Position numbers and translations under genes: made by a program. This document shows, one piece after another, positions 9,880 to 19,536 of a stretch of 60,854 bases of DNA (position 1 is the first letter of the stretch; every line of letters starts with the position of its first letter). The DNA comes from Fidelibacterota bacterium (GTDB lineage Bacteria > Fidelibacterota > Marinisomatia > Marinisomatales > TCS55): contig JBHHTW010000010.1 of assembly GCA_046861385.1 (NCBI GenBank), positions 1-60,854 on the forward strand, read 5' to 3'. Below the pieces are notes generated by a model, which worked only from the letters and a program-made list of their open reading frames with translations, did no database searches and was not told the DNA's origin.

Positions 9880-11006
9880 TGAATTTTTCATTGAATAATG
9901 ACCAGGAGCTAATTCAAAAAACTTTCAGGGATTTCGTTGAAAAGGAAGTGAAGCCCCAAGCAGAATCCATTGATAAAAATAAAACATTTCCTGTTGAATT
10001 ATTCAAAAAAGTCGGAGAGCTTGGATTTTTTGGGATGCGATATCCTGAGTTGGCAGGTGGAACCAATTTAGATACACTCTCTTACTGCCTGGCAGTCATC
10101 GAACTGGCAAAGGGTTCTTTATCCCTGGCTGCAGCCTGTACCATGCAATCTTTAATGGCTACCTATTTTCTATTTAAATATGGAGATGAAGAAGTCAGAG
10201 GCTTTTTCAATCAAGCTTTGAAAGGGGAGAAAATCGGCGGCATTTGCATGACAGAACCCAATGCCGGAAGCGATCTGAATAATATCCGAACCAAAGCAAA
10301 AGTCCTGGAGGATCATTTTTTGTTGACCGGTCAGAAAACCTGGGTCACTTCCGCACCGGTTGCTGATTTTTTCACTGTATTCGCCAAAACCGATAACCAT
10401 GAAAAATTATCTATATTTTTTGTTCCCATCCGTTTAGACGGTGTCCATATTGGCAAACCAATTGAAAAGTTAGGTGTACGTGGTTCTGTGACCAGTGAAG
10501 TGGCATTTGATGAAGTAAAACTACCGAAAAATTATTTGTTGGGGGAAATAGGCGGAGGAACTGATTGTCTTAAGGATATTTTAGCTGAAATACGAATTAT
10601 GACCGCTGCTTTGGCTGTCGGTGTTGCCACAGCCGCATTTGAAGCGGCAGTTGAATATGCTAAAACCAGGAAACAGTTTGGCAGACCAATTGGAAAGTTT
10701 CAGGCTATTCGGCTCAAGATTGCAGATATGGGTGTTCAGTTGGAAACCGCCAGACAATACGTTTTTTATGCTGCTGCTTTGAGCGACCAAGATTCCCCGA
10801 TGCAGAAAGAATCGATGATAGCAAAACTTTATGCCTCTGAATGTGCCAACTCCATTTGCGATACTGCTTCCAGAATTTTCGCCTCTTACGGTTATGCCAT
10901 GGAATATCCCATACAGCGTTATTTAAGAGATGCCCGATTTACGCTCATCGGCGGAGGCACATCGGAAATACTGGGTATCAACATTGGTCGAGAATTAGGT
11001 CTGTGA
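9879..11006 (+). CDS. Acyl-CoA dehydrogenase (IaaF-like, probably decarboxylating)
   Basis: CMTEPNAGSD, GQKTWVT, RKQFGRPIGKFQAI, YGYAMEYP, IGGGTSEI; ATG at 9879 overlaps the upstream stop. Confidence 0.88.
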   Translation: MNFSLNNDQELIQKTFRDFVEKEVKPQAESIDKNKTFPVELFKKVGELGFFGMRYPELAGGTNLDTLSYCLAVIELAKGSLSLAAACTMQSLMATYFLFKYGDEEVRGFFNQALKGEKIGGICMTEPNAGSDLNNIRTKAKVLEDHFLLTGQKTWVTSAPVADFFTVFAKTDNHEKLSIFFVPIRLDGVHIGKPIEKLGVRGSVTSEVAFDEVKLPKNYLLGEIGGGTDCLKDILAEIRIMTAALAVGVATAAFEAAVEYAKTRKQFGRPIGKFQAIRLKIADMGVQLETARQYVFYAAALSDQDSPMQKESMIAKLYASECANSICDTASRIFASYGYAMEYPIQRYLRDARFTLIGGGTSEILGINIGRELGL

Positions 11007-11028
11007 ACAATTATCAACAGGAGAAATA

Positions 11029-12237
11029 ATGCAATTCAATAACGCATACATTCCTTATGGCGGCTATTGGAGTACGCCATTTTGTAAATGGCAAGGTAGC
11101 TTTGCAAATCTTCACCCTCTGAAATTTGCTGCAGATGTCGCACGGAAATCTCTGAAAAAACGCAAAATTGATATAAACGAATTTAACGCACTCCATTTGG
11201 GAAATACTGTGCCGTCAAAATCCTGTTTCTATGGAGCCCCATGGGTTGCAGGAATGATTGGTGCGGAAGGTATTACTGGACCCATGATTGGACAGGCTTG
11301 TGCCACTTCTGCCAGAGTAATCGCCGGAGCTGCTTTTGAAATCGATTCTGAAAGTGAAAACGATCAATCAATATTATGTATTACAACAGATCGGACTTCG
11401 AATGGCCCACACATTGTTTACCCTAACCCCATGGGTCCCGGAGGAAGAGGATTAACGGAAGATTGGGTTTGGGATAATTTTAACCATGACCCTTTTGCTC
11501 GTAATGCCATGCTTCAAACAGCTGAAAATGTGGCGAAAGAAGCGGGGATTACCACAGAAGAACAACACGAAATTGCTCTTTTACGCTATGAACAATATCA
11601 GGATGCATTGGCCAATGACAATGCCTTTCATAAACGGTATATGGTTTCACCGGTAAATATAAATCCGACAGGACGCAAAACCATCGGTATTGTGGAGTCC
11701 GATGAAGGTATTTTTCCCACAACGGTCGATGGGCTGAATCAATTAAAGCCTATTTTACCCGGAGGAACCGTCACCTTTGGCGGACAGACCTTCCCCGCCG
11801 ATGGAAACGCAGGCATGGTTGTAACCTCTCAAGAAAAAGCGAAAGAAATGAGTTTAAACCGAACCATTTCTATCCAGTTGGTCAGCTTTGGGCAAGGCAG
11901 GGTTAAAAAAGGATTTATGCCGGCGGCAAATGTTCCGGCGGCAAAAAAGGCCATCTCCAATACCGGGATCAATATCTCTGACATAAAGGCCATTAAAACA
12001 CATAATCCGTTCGCAGTCAACGATATTTATTTTGCCAGGGAGATGGGTGTGGATAAAAAATCGATGAATAACTATGGTTCGTCACTTATCTGGGGCCATC
12101 CTCAAGGTCCTACGGGAATGCGTCTGGTCATTGAATTGGTGGAAGAATTGGTCCTTTTGGGTGGGGGTTACGGACTCTTTACAGGATGTGCCGCCGGCGA
12201 TACAGCAGCAGCGATTATTATCAAGGTGGATTCGTGA
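11029..12237 (+). CDS. Thiolase family protein (IaaA-like)
   Basis: QACATS catalytic Cys, HNPFAVND, GHPQGPTG, GCAAGD. Confidence 0.85.
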   Translation: MQFNNAYIPYGGYWSTPFCKWQGSFANLHPLKFAADVARKSLKKRKIDINEFNALHLGNTVPSKSCFYGAPWVAGMIGAEGITGPMIGQACATSARVIAGAAFEIDSESENDQSILCITTDRTSNGPHIVYPNPMGPGGRGLTEDWVWDNFNHDPFARNAMLQTAENVAKEAGITTEEQHEIALLRYEQYQDALANDNAFHKRYMVSPVNINPTGRKTIGIVESDEGIFPTTVDGLNQLKPILPGGTVTFGGQTFPADGNAGMVVTSQEKAKEMSLNRTISIQLVSFGQGRVKKGFMPAANVPAAKKAISNTGINISDIKAIKTHNPFAVNDIYFAREMGVDKKSMNNYGSSLIWGHPQGPTGMRLVIELVEELVLLGGGYGLFTGCAAGDTAAAIIIKVDS

Positions 12238-12267
12238 TAACAATTGAAGAAATGAAAAAATATATTA

Positions 12268-12299
12268 AACTTTGCGGGAGTTTGAAACTTCCGCAAAGT
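12268..12299. repeat. REP-like palindrome, dispersed copy of the RAYT-flanking repeat
   Basis: aactttgcgggagtttgaaacttccgcaaagt closely matches 37771-37802 and 38441-38471; intergenic. Confidence 0.85.
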
Positions 12300-12316
12300 G
12301 ATGAAAAATAAATCTA

Positions 12317-12715
12317 ATGAAAGTATTATTAGCAAAACCGGGACTGGACGGACATGATGTGGGCGTAAAAGTGCTGGCCCACGGAATTAAAGAAGCAGGA
12401 TTTACAGTGGTTTATTCCGGATTGAGAAAATCCATTGAAAATATTGTACAAAAAGCAATCGATGTCAAAGCGGATGTGATTGGTCTTTCAATTCTTTCCG
12501 GTACCCACTTGATCCTTTGCAGGAAAATGAAAGAAGTGATGGATGAAAAAGGAATAACCATTCCCTGGCTGGTGGGAGGCAATATTCCACACGGAGATGT
12601 AAAGCCGCTGTTAGGACTCGGAGCCATCGCCGCTTTTCCCACAGGAACCAAAGTGGATGGTGTGGTAAATTATTTAAAAAAACTGGATCATCAGCCCCAT
12701 GGAAAGATTAAATAA
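12317..12715 (+). CDS. Cobalamin-binding small subunit of acyl-CoA mutase (IaaG/H-like)
   Basis: KPGLDGHDVG (DxHxxG), IGLSILSG, VGG motifs. Confidence 0.9.
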   Translation: MKVLLAKPGLDGHDVGVKVLAHGIKEAGFTVVYSGLRKSIENIVQKAIDVKADVIGLSILSGTHLILCRKMKEVMDEKGITIPWLVGGNIPHGDVKPLLGLGAIAAFPTGTKVDGVVNYLKKLDHQPHGKIK

Positions 12716-12717
12716 CG

Positions 12718-14304
12718 ATGACTGATAAAAAAGTATTTCTGGAATCCGGGATTGAAGTAAAACCTCTCTATACCCAGGAAGATATTAAAGTTTCTGAAGC
12801 AAGTAAGAATATGCCCGGGCAATATCCTTTCACCCGGGGAATTCATCCGGGAATGTACCGGACCCGTCCATTCACCATTAGACAGTATGCCGGTTTTGCT
12901 TCTCCCGAAAAAACCAACGAACGGTTTAAGTTTTTAATTGAGAATGGTCAGACGGGATTAAATGTTGCATTTGATTTACCTACTCAATGCGGTCTCGATT
13001 CAGATGATCCCAGCTCTCTTGGAGAGGTGGGACGGGTAGGAATGGCCGTAGATACTCTCGATGATTTTGAGATTGCTTTTCAGGGGATTGATTTGGATAA
13101 AATTACCGTTTCCCTGACGATCAACGGTTCTGCCATTGTTCTCATGGCCATGTATTTTGCTTTGGCAGAAAAACGAGGTTACGACATCAATAAGCTAAGG
13201 GGTACAGCTCAGAATGATATTCTAAAGGAATTTATCGGTCGTGGTACCTGGATTTTTCCTGTCGATACTTCTGTTAAATTGGTAGTGGATACTGTTGAAT
13301 ATTGTGCACATCATGTTCCCAAATACAGCCCGGTCAGTATTTGCGGATACCATATCAGAGAATCAGGCGCCAACCCGATTCAGGAAATGGCCTATGCATT
13401 TTGTATCGCGAAAGCTTATACCGATGAAACATTAAAACGGGGAATTTCTATCGATGAATTCGCATCCCGACTTTCATTCAATTTCGATATTTATGGTAAT
13501 CTCTTTGAACAGATTGCCAAATTTCGTGGCGGGCGCCGTCTCTGGGCAAAAATTATCAGGGAGGGATATCATGCGAAAAATGATAAATCTTCCTGGCTAC
13601 GCATGATAGCAGGTGGTGGCGGCGGAGGGCTGACCAAAGAACAGCCGGAGAATAATATTATCCGCAGCGCATATTACGCGTTGATCAGCGCCCTTTCCGG
13701 AACCCAAACCATGGCTCTTTGTTCTTATGATGAAGCATATACAATTCCCACGGAAAAAGCTGCAGAACTTTCATTAAGAACCATGCAAATATTGATTCAT
13801 GAAATGGGAATTTGTGATACGGTGGATCCTTTGGGTGGCTCATATTACGTTGAAACGCTGACAGATCGGTTTGAAAAAGAGATTCAGGAAGAAATGAAAC
13901 TGGTAGACGAAATGGGCGGCATCATTGAATCTGTGGCCTCCGGAAAAATTCAGGAAAAAGTGTCTCAGCAGGCTTATGAACGGGAAACTGGAATTCAAAA
14001 CGGAACCATCCCAAAAGTTGGAGTAAATATTTTTCAAAAAGATGAAGATCCTAAACCTGTGGCATTTCATCCCTACAACGAAAAAGCGGCGAACGATCAA
14101 ATTGAAAAACTAAAACGAATCAAAGCGGATCGAAATGGAGAAAAAGTCCACTCTGCACTTGATGAACTAAAGAAAGATTGTTTACAAAATATAAATCTAA
14201 TGCCGGCAGTTATTGAAGCAGTTAAAGCCTATGCTACCGTCGGAGAAATTATCGGCGTTATGAAAGATGTTTATGGAGAATATGATGAACCAATTTTCTT
14301 TTAA
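12718..14304 (+). CDS. B12-dependent acyl-CoA mutase large subunit (methylmalonyl-CoA mutase family, IaaG/H-like)
   Basis: PGQYPFTRG, RQYAGF, AFDLPTQ, QNDILKEF, GYHIRE, DPLGGSYYVE; unusual IAGGGGGG segment. Confidence 0.9.
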   Translation: MTDKKVFLESGIEVKPLYTQEDIKVSEASKNMPGQYPFTRGIHPGMYRTRPFTIRQYAGFASPEKTNERFKFLIENGQTGLNVAFDLPTQCGLDSDDPSSLGEVGRVGMAVDTLDDFEIAFQGIDLDKITVSLTINGSAIVLMAMYFALAEKRGYDINKLRGTAQNDILKEFIGRGTWIFPVDTSVKLVVDTVEYCAHHVPKYSPVSICGYHIRESGANPIQEMAYAFCIAKAYTDETLKRGISIDEFASRLSFNFDIYGNLFEQIAKFRGGRRLWAKIIREGYHAKNDKSSWLRMIAGGGGGGLTKEQPENNIIRSAYYALISALSGTQTMALCSYDEAYTIPTEKAAELSLRTMQILIHEMGICDTVDPLGGSYYVETLTDRFEKEIQEEMKLVDEMGGIIESVASGKIQEKVSQQAYERETGIQNGTIPKVGVNIFQKDEDPKPVAFHPYNEKAANDQIEKLKRIKADRNGEKVHSALDELKKDCLQNINLMPAVIEAVKAYATVGEIIGVMKDVYGEYDEPIFF

Positions 14305-14373
14305 TTTTATGATGGTTCATTTTTTACCATTTATTTTAACCTGCAAGTATTGTAATAATTGAATCTTATTGAG

Positions 14374-14392
14374 TAGTATCACAATAGTATCA
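14374..14392 (+). promoter_or_regulatory. Candidate HicB operator (direct repeat TAGTATCA x2)
   Basis: TAGTATCA at 14374-14381 and 14385-14392 just upstream of hicA. Confidence 0.3.
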
Positions 14393-14398
14393 TAAATT

Positions 14399-14605
14399 AT
14401 GCCAAGGAAAATCCGGGAATTAATCAAAGAATTAAAAAAAGCAGGGTTTGTCGATCGGGGCGGAAGAGGCAGTCATCGGAATTTCAAACATAAGAATGGT
14501 GCCATTCTAACCATTTCTGGGAAATTGGGTTCGGATGCAAAACCATATCAGGAAAAATATGTTAAAATGAAAATTAGAGAATCAAAATATGAAAGAAAGC
14601 GATAG
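14399..14605 (+). CDS. hicA: HicA-family mRNA interferase toxin
   Basis: 68 aa basic protein with GFVDRGGRGSHRNFKH motif, overlapping a HicB-like gene. Confidence 0.85.
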   Translation: MPRKIRELIKELKKAGFVDRGGRGSHRNFKHKNGAILTISGKLGSDAKPYQEKYVKMKIRESKYERKR

Positions 14606-14918
14606 ATATTTAAAAATTGTTGAATGGTCTGAAGAAGACCAAAGTTACGTAGGGTCTGTACCCGGTTGGATAGGTCCCTGTTGCCATGGAAGCGATGAAG
14701 AAAAAGTCTATAAGGAATTATGCCGGATAGTAGATGAATGGATTGAGATCTACAAGGATGATAACCAAAAACTTCCACCACCCACAAACAAGCATTACTC
14801 AGGAAAATTCATTTTAAGAACAGGATCAGAAATGCATAAAGCATTGGCTGTTCGCGCAGTTTCTGAAGGGGAAAGCCTGAATAAATATGTAGTTAAGAAA
14901 TTAAAATCAATACTTTGA
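14589..14918 (+). CDS. hicB: HicB-family antitoxin (C-terminal RHH)
   Basis: WSEEDQSYVGSVP...HG N-domain; YSGKFILR...HKALAVRA...SLNKYV ribbon-helix-helix. Confidence 0.85.
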   Translation: MKESDRYLKIVEWSEEDQSYVGSVPGWIGPCCHGSDEEKVYKELCRIVDEWIEIYKDDNQKLPPPTNKHYSGKFILRTGSEMHKALAVRAVSEGESLNKYVVKKLKSIL

Positions 14919-15026
14919 TTCCTCTTGGTTCTGACCTTGTAATTATAATGACATCTCTTTTAGACAGATATAATATTTATACTGAAGGTAAAAAGTGATG
15001 AATAAAAAATTCTACGGGTTGAACTG

Positions 15027-15305
15027 ATGAAAAAAGAAATTATTAAATCGCTGACAAATGAGTTTAAATCTTATGTCAAATTTACAAATCAGGGCGTTGA
15101 GTTCTGGTTTGCCCGGGATTTACAGCATCTGCTGGGATATACCGAATGGCGGAATTTTAAAAAAGTAATTAATAAAGCAAAGACCGCCTGTGAGACGGTT
15201 GGTTACTTAATAATCGATCGTTATGTTGATACCAGCAAAACAATTTTCGATAGTCGAACCAGAGACTCATTTAGATTTAAAAGCGATATTTTTCGAGATG
15301 GCTAA
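15027..15305 (+). pseudogene. N-terminal fragment of DinD/BRO-like DNA-damage-inducible protein
   Basis: EFWFARDLQHLLGYTEWRNFKKVINKAKTAC is the DinD N-terminus; similarity ends near 15245 and the ORF runs out of frame into the next gene; far shorter than a full DinD. Confidence 0.7.
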
Positions 15306-16503
15306 ACAGAAAACAATTATAAGCCTCGAGCAGGCCCTAACTCTCCCTTATGCTACGCAACGGTTTGTCCAATTAGGTTGGCGGGTCATTCGAATAGAAT
15401 CTCCCGGTAAACCGGGGCAAAAAACCTCCGGAGATCCAAATCGATATATTGGTGAAGATACGGGAGAGGAAGATTTGCATGCCTATTACATCGCTCCGAA
15501 TGTGGGGAAAGAAGCAATCACAATTAACCTTCAGAAACCTGAAGGTCAAGCATTGCTAAAACGAATTATTCAAGAATTGAACGTCGATGTTTTTCTATGC
15601 AATACACTTCCGAAAAGATATAAACAGCTTGGGATTGATTACAATTTGTTGAATGAAGCAAACCCGTCTCTCATTTGGTGCGGCATTTCTGCATTGGGGC
15701 CTGATTATCCGGATCGTGCTGGATATGACCCGGCGTTGCAGGCAATGTTTGGCTACATGTCTCTTACCGGAGAGCCTGATCGTGACCCTATGTTATGCGG
15801 TTTGCCGATCATTGATTTGAAAGCCGGCGATGAAGCTTTTACTCAGGTCATCCTTGCCATGATGGAAAAGCAGGAAACAGGAAAAGGGAAACGGATTGAT
15901 ATTGCCATGGCTCAATGCGCCTCATCATGGTTAATAACCGCCCTGCCTCAACTGGAGTTTGTAGAAGATGAAGCAGATCTATTTACCCGGAGCGCAAATG
16001 AACATCGCAGTTTCGTACCATCCAATTGTTACCCGACAAAAGATGGATATGTGTATCTGGCCATCGGCAGCGATTCACAATGGGAAAAGCTAACAAAGAT
16101 CAATAGGTTTGACCACCTTACTGCAGACATTCGCCTTACTAATAATGGACGGAAAGCAGACAGAGAAAATATTTATCACGATATAAGAAAAGGTCTGGAG
16201 ACGTATACAACAAATGATTTTATAGATATTTGCCTGGAAAACAATTTGGCAGTAGCGCCGGTGAATACGGTTAAAGATGTTGCTCGTCTCGATTTAATCA
16301 AAAAAATAATGATAAAAACAACACTGCCTAACGGAATAAAAGCTAACCTGTTTCCTGCTCCGATGAATACTGAATATTTAGCAACAAAGAAGAATACACT
16401 TCCATGCGCCCCAAAACTGGGGGAACATAATTTATCCGTATTATCCGAAATTGGTCTTACGAATTCCGAAATTTCAAATTTAAATAGTAAAGGTATAATT
16501 TAA
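15223..16503 (+). CDS. Family III (CaiB/BaiF) CoA transferase (IaaL-like); start uncertain (15223 or 15298)
   Basis: VIRIESP, GDPNR, NVGKEAITINL, AGYDPALQAMFG, DLKAG, PSNCYPTKDG, APKLGEHN. Confidence 0.85.
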   Translation: MLIPAKQFSIVEPETHLDLKAIFFEMAKQKTIISLEQALTLPYATQRFVQLGWRVIRIESPGKPGQKTSGDPNRYIGEDTGEEDLHAYYIAPNVGKEAITINLQKPEGQALLKRIIQELNVDVFLCNTLPKRYKQLGIDYNLLNEANPSLIWCGISALGPDYPDRAGYDPALQAMFGYMSLTGEPDRDPMLCGLPIIDLKAGDEAFTQVILAMMEKQETGKGKRIDIAMAQCASSWLITALPQLEFVEDEADLFTRSANEHRSFVPSNCYPTKDGYVYLAIGSDSQWEKLTKINRFDHLTADIRLTNNGRKADRENIYHDIRKGLETYTTNDFIDICLENNLAVAPVNTVKDVARLDLIKKIMIKTTLPNGIKANLFPAPMNTEYLATKKNTLPCAPKLGEHNLSVLSEIGLTNSEISNLNSKGII

Positions 16504-16507
16504 CCAA

Positions 16508-19045
16508 ATGATGAAAGACAAAATTGAAGCACAAATAAAAGCGCCCGCCAACAGCCCATATATTTTGCAAGGCAATGCTGCTTTTGCATTGGGTGTTATC
16601 CATGCCGGTTACCATGCGGCAACGGGTTACGCAGGAACTCCCAGCACAGAAGTAATTGATAAAACACTGGCTTTTGCACAGGATTCCATGAAAGTCGGCT
16701 GGTCGGTAAATGAAGCGGTTGCAGTGTCAACAGGCGTTGGTCATGCCATTGCCGGATTTGACTCTTTAGTGACCATGAAAATTCCTGGTGTTTTTCAAGC
16801 GGCTGATGCTATTACAACCTCCGCATTTTTTAGTGGAAAGTCAGGAGCCCTTGTGATTTTCGCCGCAACAGATTATGCGCCTTCCAGCACCCAGCACGTG
16901 ATTGATCCACGATACTTTTTTGCATCAACACGGCTCCCTGTATTACAGCCACGCAACCATCAGGAAATGTATGATATTGCTCGAACGGCTGCAGATATGA
17001 GTAGAAATTATCATACGCCTGTGATTGTTCTGGCTTCTGGGATTCTTTCACATTCAGAGGCATTGATACGGACGAAGGAGTCCAGGATAATCGAACCAAT
17101 GGAATTGCCTGACACGCTCCACGAATGGATGCTTTTACCCAGTATCGCCAGAAAAAACTATAATAAAGCCACCCAAAAACGTATTCCTTCAATTCAGGTT
17201 TGGGCTGAAACGTCAGAACTCATTACCGAAACAACCGGAAAAGATGAATGGGGTATCATTGTCTGCGGAAATACGGAAGGGACTGTTCGGGAAGTTTTAA
17301 GCAGTTTGAATCTCGACCCATCCATTCTATCCATTGGAATTACAAATCCAATTCCCAAAAAACGTATCGGTCAGTTTGCTGAAAAAATTTCAAATAACAT
17401 TTTTGTAATTGAGGATGGCGATCGATATTTAGAAGAGAAAATTCGTCTTATGGGAATAGAGGCTATTGGTAAAAATGAGGGTAGCGTTTTAACTCTGTGG
17501 ACCCCTGAAGACGTGATTCAACTTTTATCAAAACAACTGGACTTACCTCCAATCCAAAAACCAAATACAATTGAATTGGAACCATTACCCAGGCCTCCCT
17601 CCATTTGTCCAGGGTGTTCTTATAAAGCATTCGCCTTATCCGTCGCCAAATTGAAAAAAAGAAAAAAGATTTATGCAGCCTTTGGCGATATAGGTTGTTC
17701 TACACTATTATTTTATAATAACGCATTGGATACTGTTTCATGCATGGGAGCATCCGATTCTATGCGGCAGGGCTTTGTATTATCAAGGCCGGAAATGGCT
17801 CATAAAGTAATTAGTGTGATTGGGGATTCAACAGAATGTCATTCAGGATTAGATGGAACTCGGAATGCAATTTTTCGAAATATACCTGGGGTAAAAGTTA
17901 TATTGGACAACTATAGCACCGCCATGACCGGCGGACAGCCATCGCCCAGTTCCAAGGCAAATTTAGAAGGCCGTCCAAACAATTTCAGCCTAAAGGAGGC
18001 TGTGGAAGCTGAAGGGGGACGTACAATCGTCGTGGATGCGTTTGATGTTAAAGGTGTTGATAATTCATTAAAAAAAGCACTGAAATTGGCTGAGGAAAAA
18101 ATATATACAACTCTAATTCTCGAAGGGGACTGCATCCACGATGTGGAGAGAAACAAATTGGAGCGCAATCTTGAATTCAATTATGATAATTGTAAGAATT
18201 GTGATTTATGCAACATTTGTCCAGGGATTGAAACAGATGATTCAAAGACACCCCATTTTACAAGCATGTGTTCAAACTGTTCTTCGAATAACCAAGTTTG
18301 TGTTCAGCGCTGCCCCTTTGATGCAATTTCTATTATTGCCGACAATGGAAAAAGTGAAAATGATTTTCAACATATTGACATACCCAAATTCACCGAACCT
18401 GTGGAAATTGATAAAAATAAACTACCGGAATCATTGAAAATTGCTATCAGGGGAATTGGCGGTCAGGGGAATATATTCTTTGGCAAAGTTTTATCCGAAG
18501 TGGCATTACGCACTCCTTATGCTGACGCCCACATTATTAAAGGAGATACGTTGGGAATGGCAAGGCTTGGCGGATCAGTTATCTCTACATTCAGCTGCGG
18601 GAATGCATACTCTCCCATCCTGGCGCCAAATTCTGCCGACGTATTAGTGGTTATGGAAGCGAGCGAAGTTCTCCGCCCCCGGTTTTTGGAATTGTTAAAA
18701 CCCAACGGATCCATCATTATGAACGAATATTCCGCTTTACCAATTAATGCTCATAAAGAAGAATATCCGGATATTGAATCTATTCGAAAAGTGTTGGATG
18801 GCTATAAGATAATAAGCGTCGACGCGAACCAAATTGCGATAGATATGAACGACAAGAGGGCCATGACTGCCAATGTAATTATTGTTGGATTACTATCAAC
18901 AATTGAACCGTTTAATCATATTCCCAGCGAAATCTGGCAAGCAGCCATATTGGAATTGTCTCCAAATAATTTGATCAAATCCATGAACCTAACAGCATAT
19001 AGCAAAGGGAGAAATTGGATTAATAAACAAACGGTTGCACTTTAA
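16508..19045 (+). CDS. iorAB: Indolepyruvate:ferredoxin oxidoreductase, fused alpha+beta (IorA-IorB)
   Basis: GNAAFALG, YAGTPSTE, NEAVA, RPPSICPGC, GDIGC, GDSTECHSG...DNYSTAMTGGQ (TPP), CxxCxxC ferredoxin, then IorB-like GIGGQG and GMARLGGSV. Confidence 0.85.
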   Translation: MMKDKIEAQIKAPANSPYILQGNAAFALGVIHAGYHAATGYAGTPSTEVIDKTLAFAQDSMKVGWSVNEAVAVSTGVGHAIAGFDSLVTMKIPGVFQAADAITTSAFFSGKSGALVIFAATDYAPSSTQHVIDPRYFFASTRLPVLQPRNHQEMYDIARTAADMSRNYHTPVIVLASGILSHSEALIRTKESRIIEPMELPDTLHEWMLLPSIARKNYNKATQKRIPSIQVWAETSELITETTGKDEWGIIVCGNTEGTVREVLSSLNLDPSILSIGITNPIPKKRIGQFAEKISNNIFVIEDGDRYLEEKIRLMGIEAIGKNEGSVLTLWTPEDVIQLLSKQLDLPPIQKPNTIELEPLPRPPSICPGCSYKAFALSVAKLKKRKKIYAAFGDIGCSTLLFYNNALDTVSCMGASDSMRQGFVLSRPEMAHKVISVIGDSTECHSGLDGTRNAIFRNIPGVKVILDNYSTAMTGGQPSPSSKANLEGRPNNFSLKEAVEAEGGRTIVVDAFDVKGVDNSLKKALKLAEEKIYTTLILEGDCIHDVERNKLERNLEFNYDNCKNCDLCNICPGIETDDSKTPHFTSMCSNCSSNNQVCVQRCPFDAISIIADNGKSENDFQHIDIPKFTEPVEIDKNKLPESLKIAIRGIGGQGNIFFGKVLSEVALRTPYADAHIIKGDTLGMARLGGSVISTFSCGNAYSPILAPNSADVLVVMEASEVLRPRFLELLKPNGSIIMNEYSALPINAHKEEYPDIESIRKVLDGYKIISVDANQIAIDMNDKRAMTANVIIVGLLSTIEPFNHIPSEIWQAAILELSPNNLIKSMNLTAYSKGRNWINKQTVAL

Positions 19046-19054
19046 TTAGTCATT

Positions 19055-19534
19055 ATGCAAACTGCTGACAACAAAATATCTTTTACTATTAACGGGAGAA
19101 AAGTGGAGCAAACCATTTCCTCCTCCATGCTCCTTATCGATTTTATTCGAGATGAACTGAAACTAAAAGGTACAAAACCAGGCTGCCTCGGCGGGGAGTG
19201 CGGTGCTTGTACGGTATTGGTTGACGGCATGGCGGTTAATTCTTGTCTCTATCTTGCCATAAACGCTGATGGAAAATCCGTTACTACCGTTGAAGGTCTT
19301 TCCTCTGGTAATGCATCTTTAGATATGGTTCAGCAATCCATGGTGGATCATGGAGCTGTCCAATGCGGATTTTGCACCCCCGGGATAGTCATGGCCATTA
19401 AATCATATAAAAATCAATGTGACCAGAATAATCATAAACCAGGCCGGGAAGAAATAAAGAAAAGTCTGGAAGGGAATATATGCCGCTGCACCGGTTATGT
19501 TAAAATTATTGATGCTGTTGAGGCGTTGTTCTAA
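19055..19534 (+). CDS. Xanthine-dehydrogenase-family 2Fe-2S subunit (IaaIJK-like complex)
   Basis: GCLGGECGACTV, QCGFCTPG, GNICRCTGY. Confidence 0.9.
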   Translation: MQTADNKISFTINGRKVEQTISSSMLLIDFIRDELKLKGTKPGCLGGECGACTVLVDGMAVNSCLYLAINADGKSVTTVEGLSSGNASLDMVQQSMVDHGAVQCGFCTPGIVMAIKSYKNQCDQNNHKPGREEIKKSLEGNICRCTGYVKIIDAVEALF

Positions 19535-19536
19535 AC

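Noticed and set aside
12317-14304. Housekeeping methylmalonyl-CoA mutase
   Set aside because: HxQTSG and LHTN pocket segments are replaced; no epimerase or meaB adjacent.
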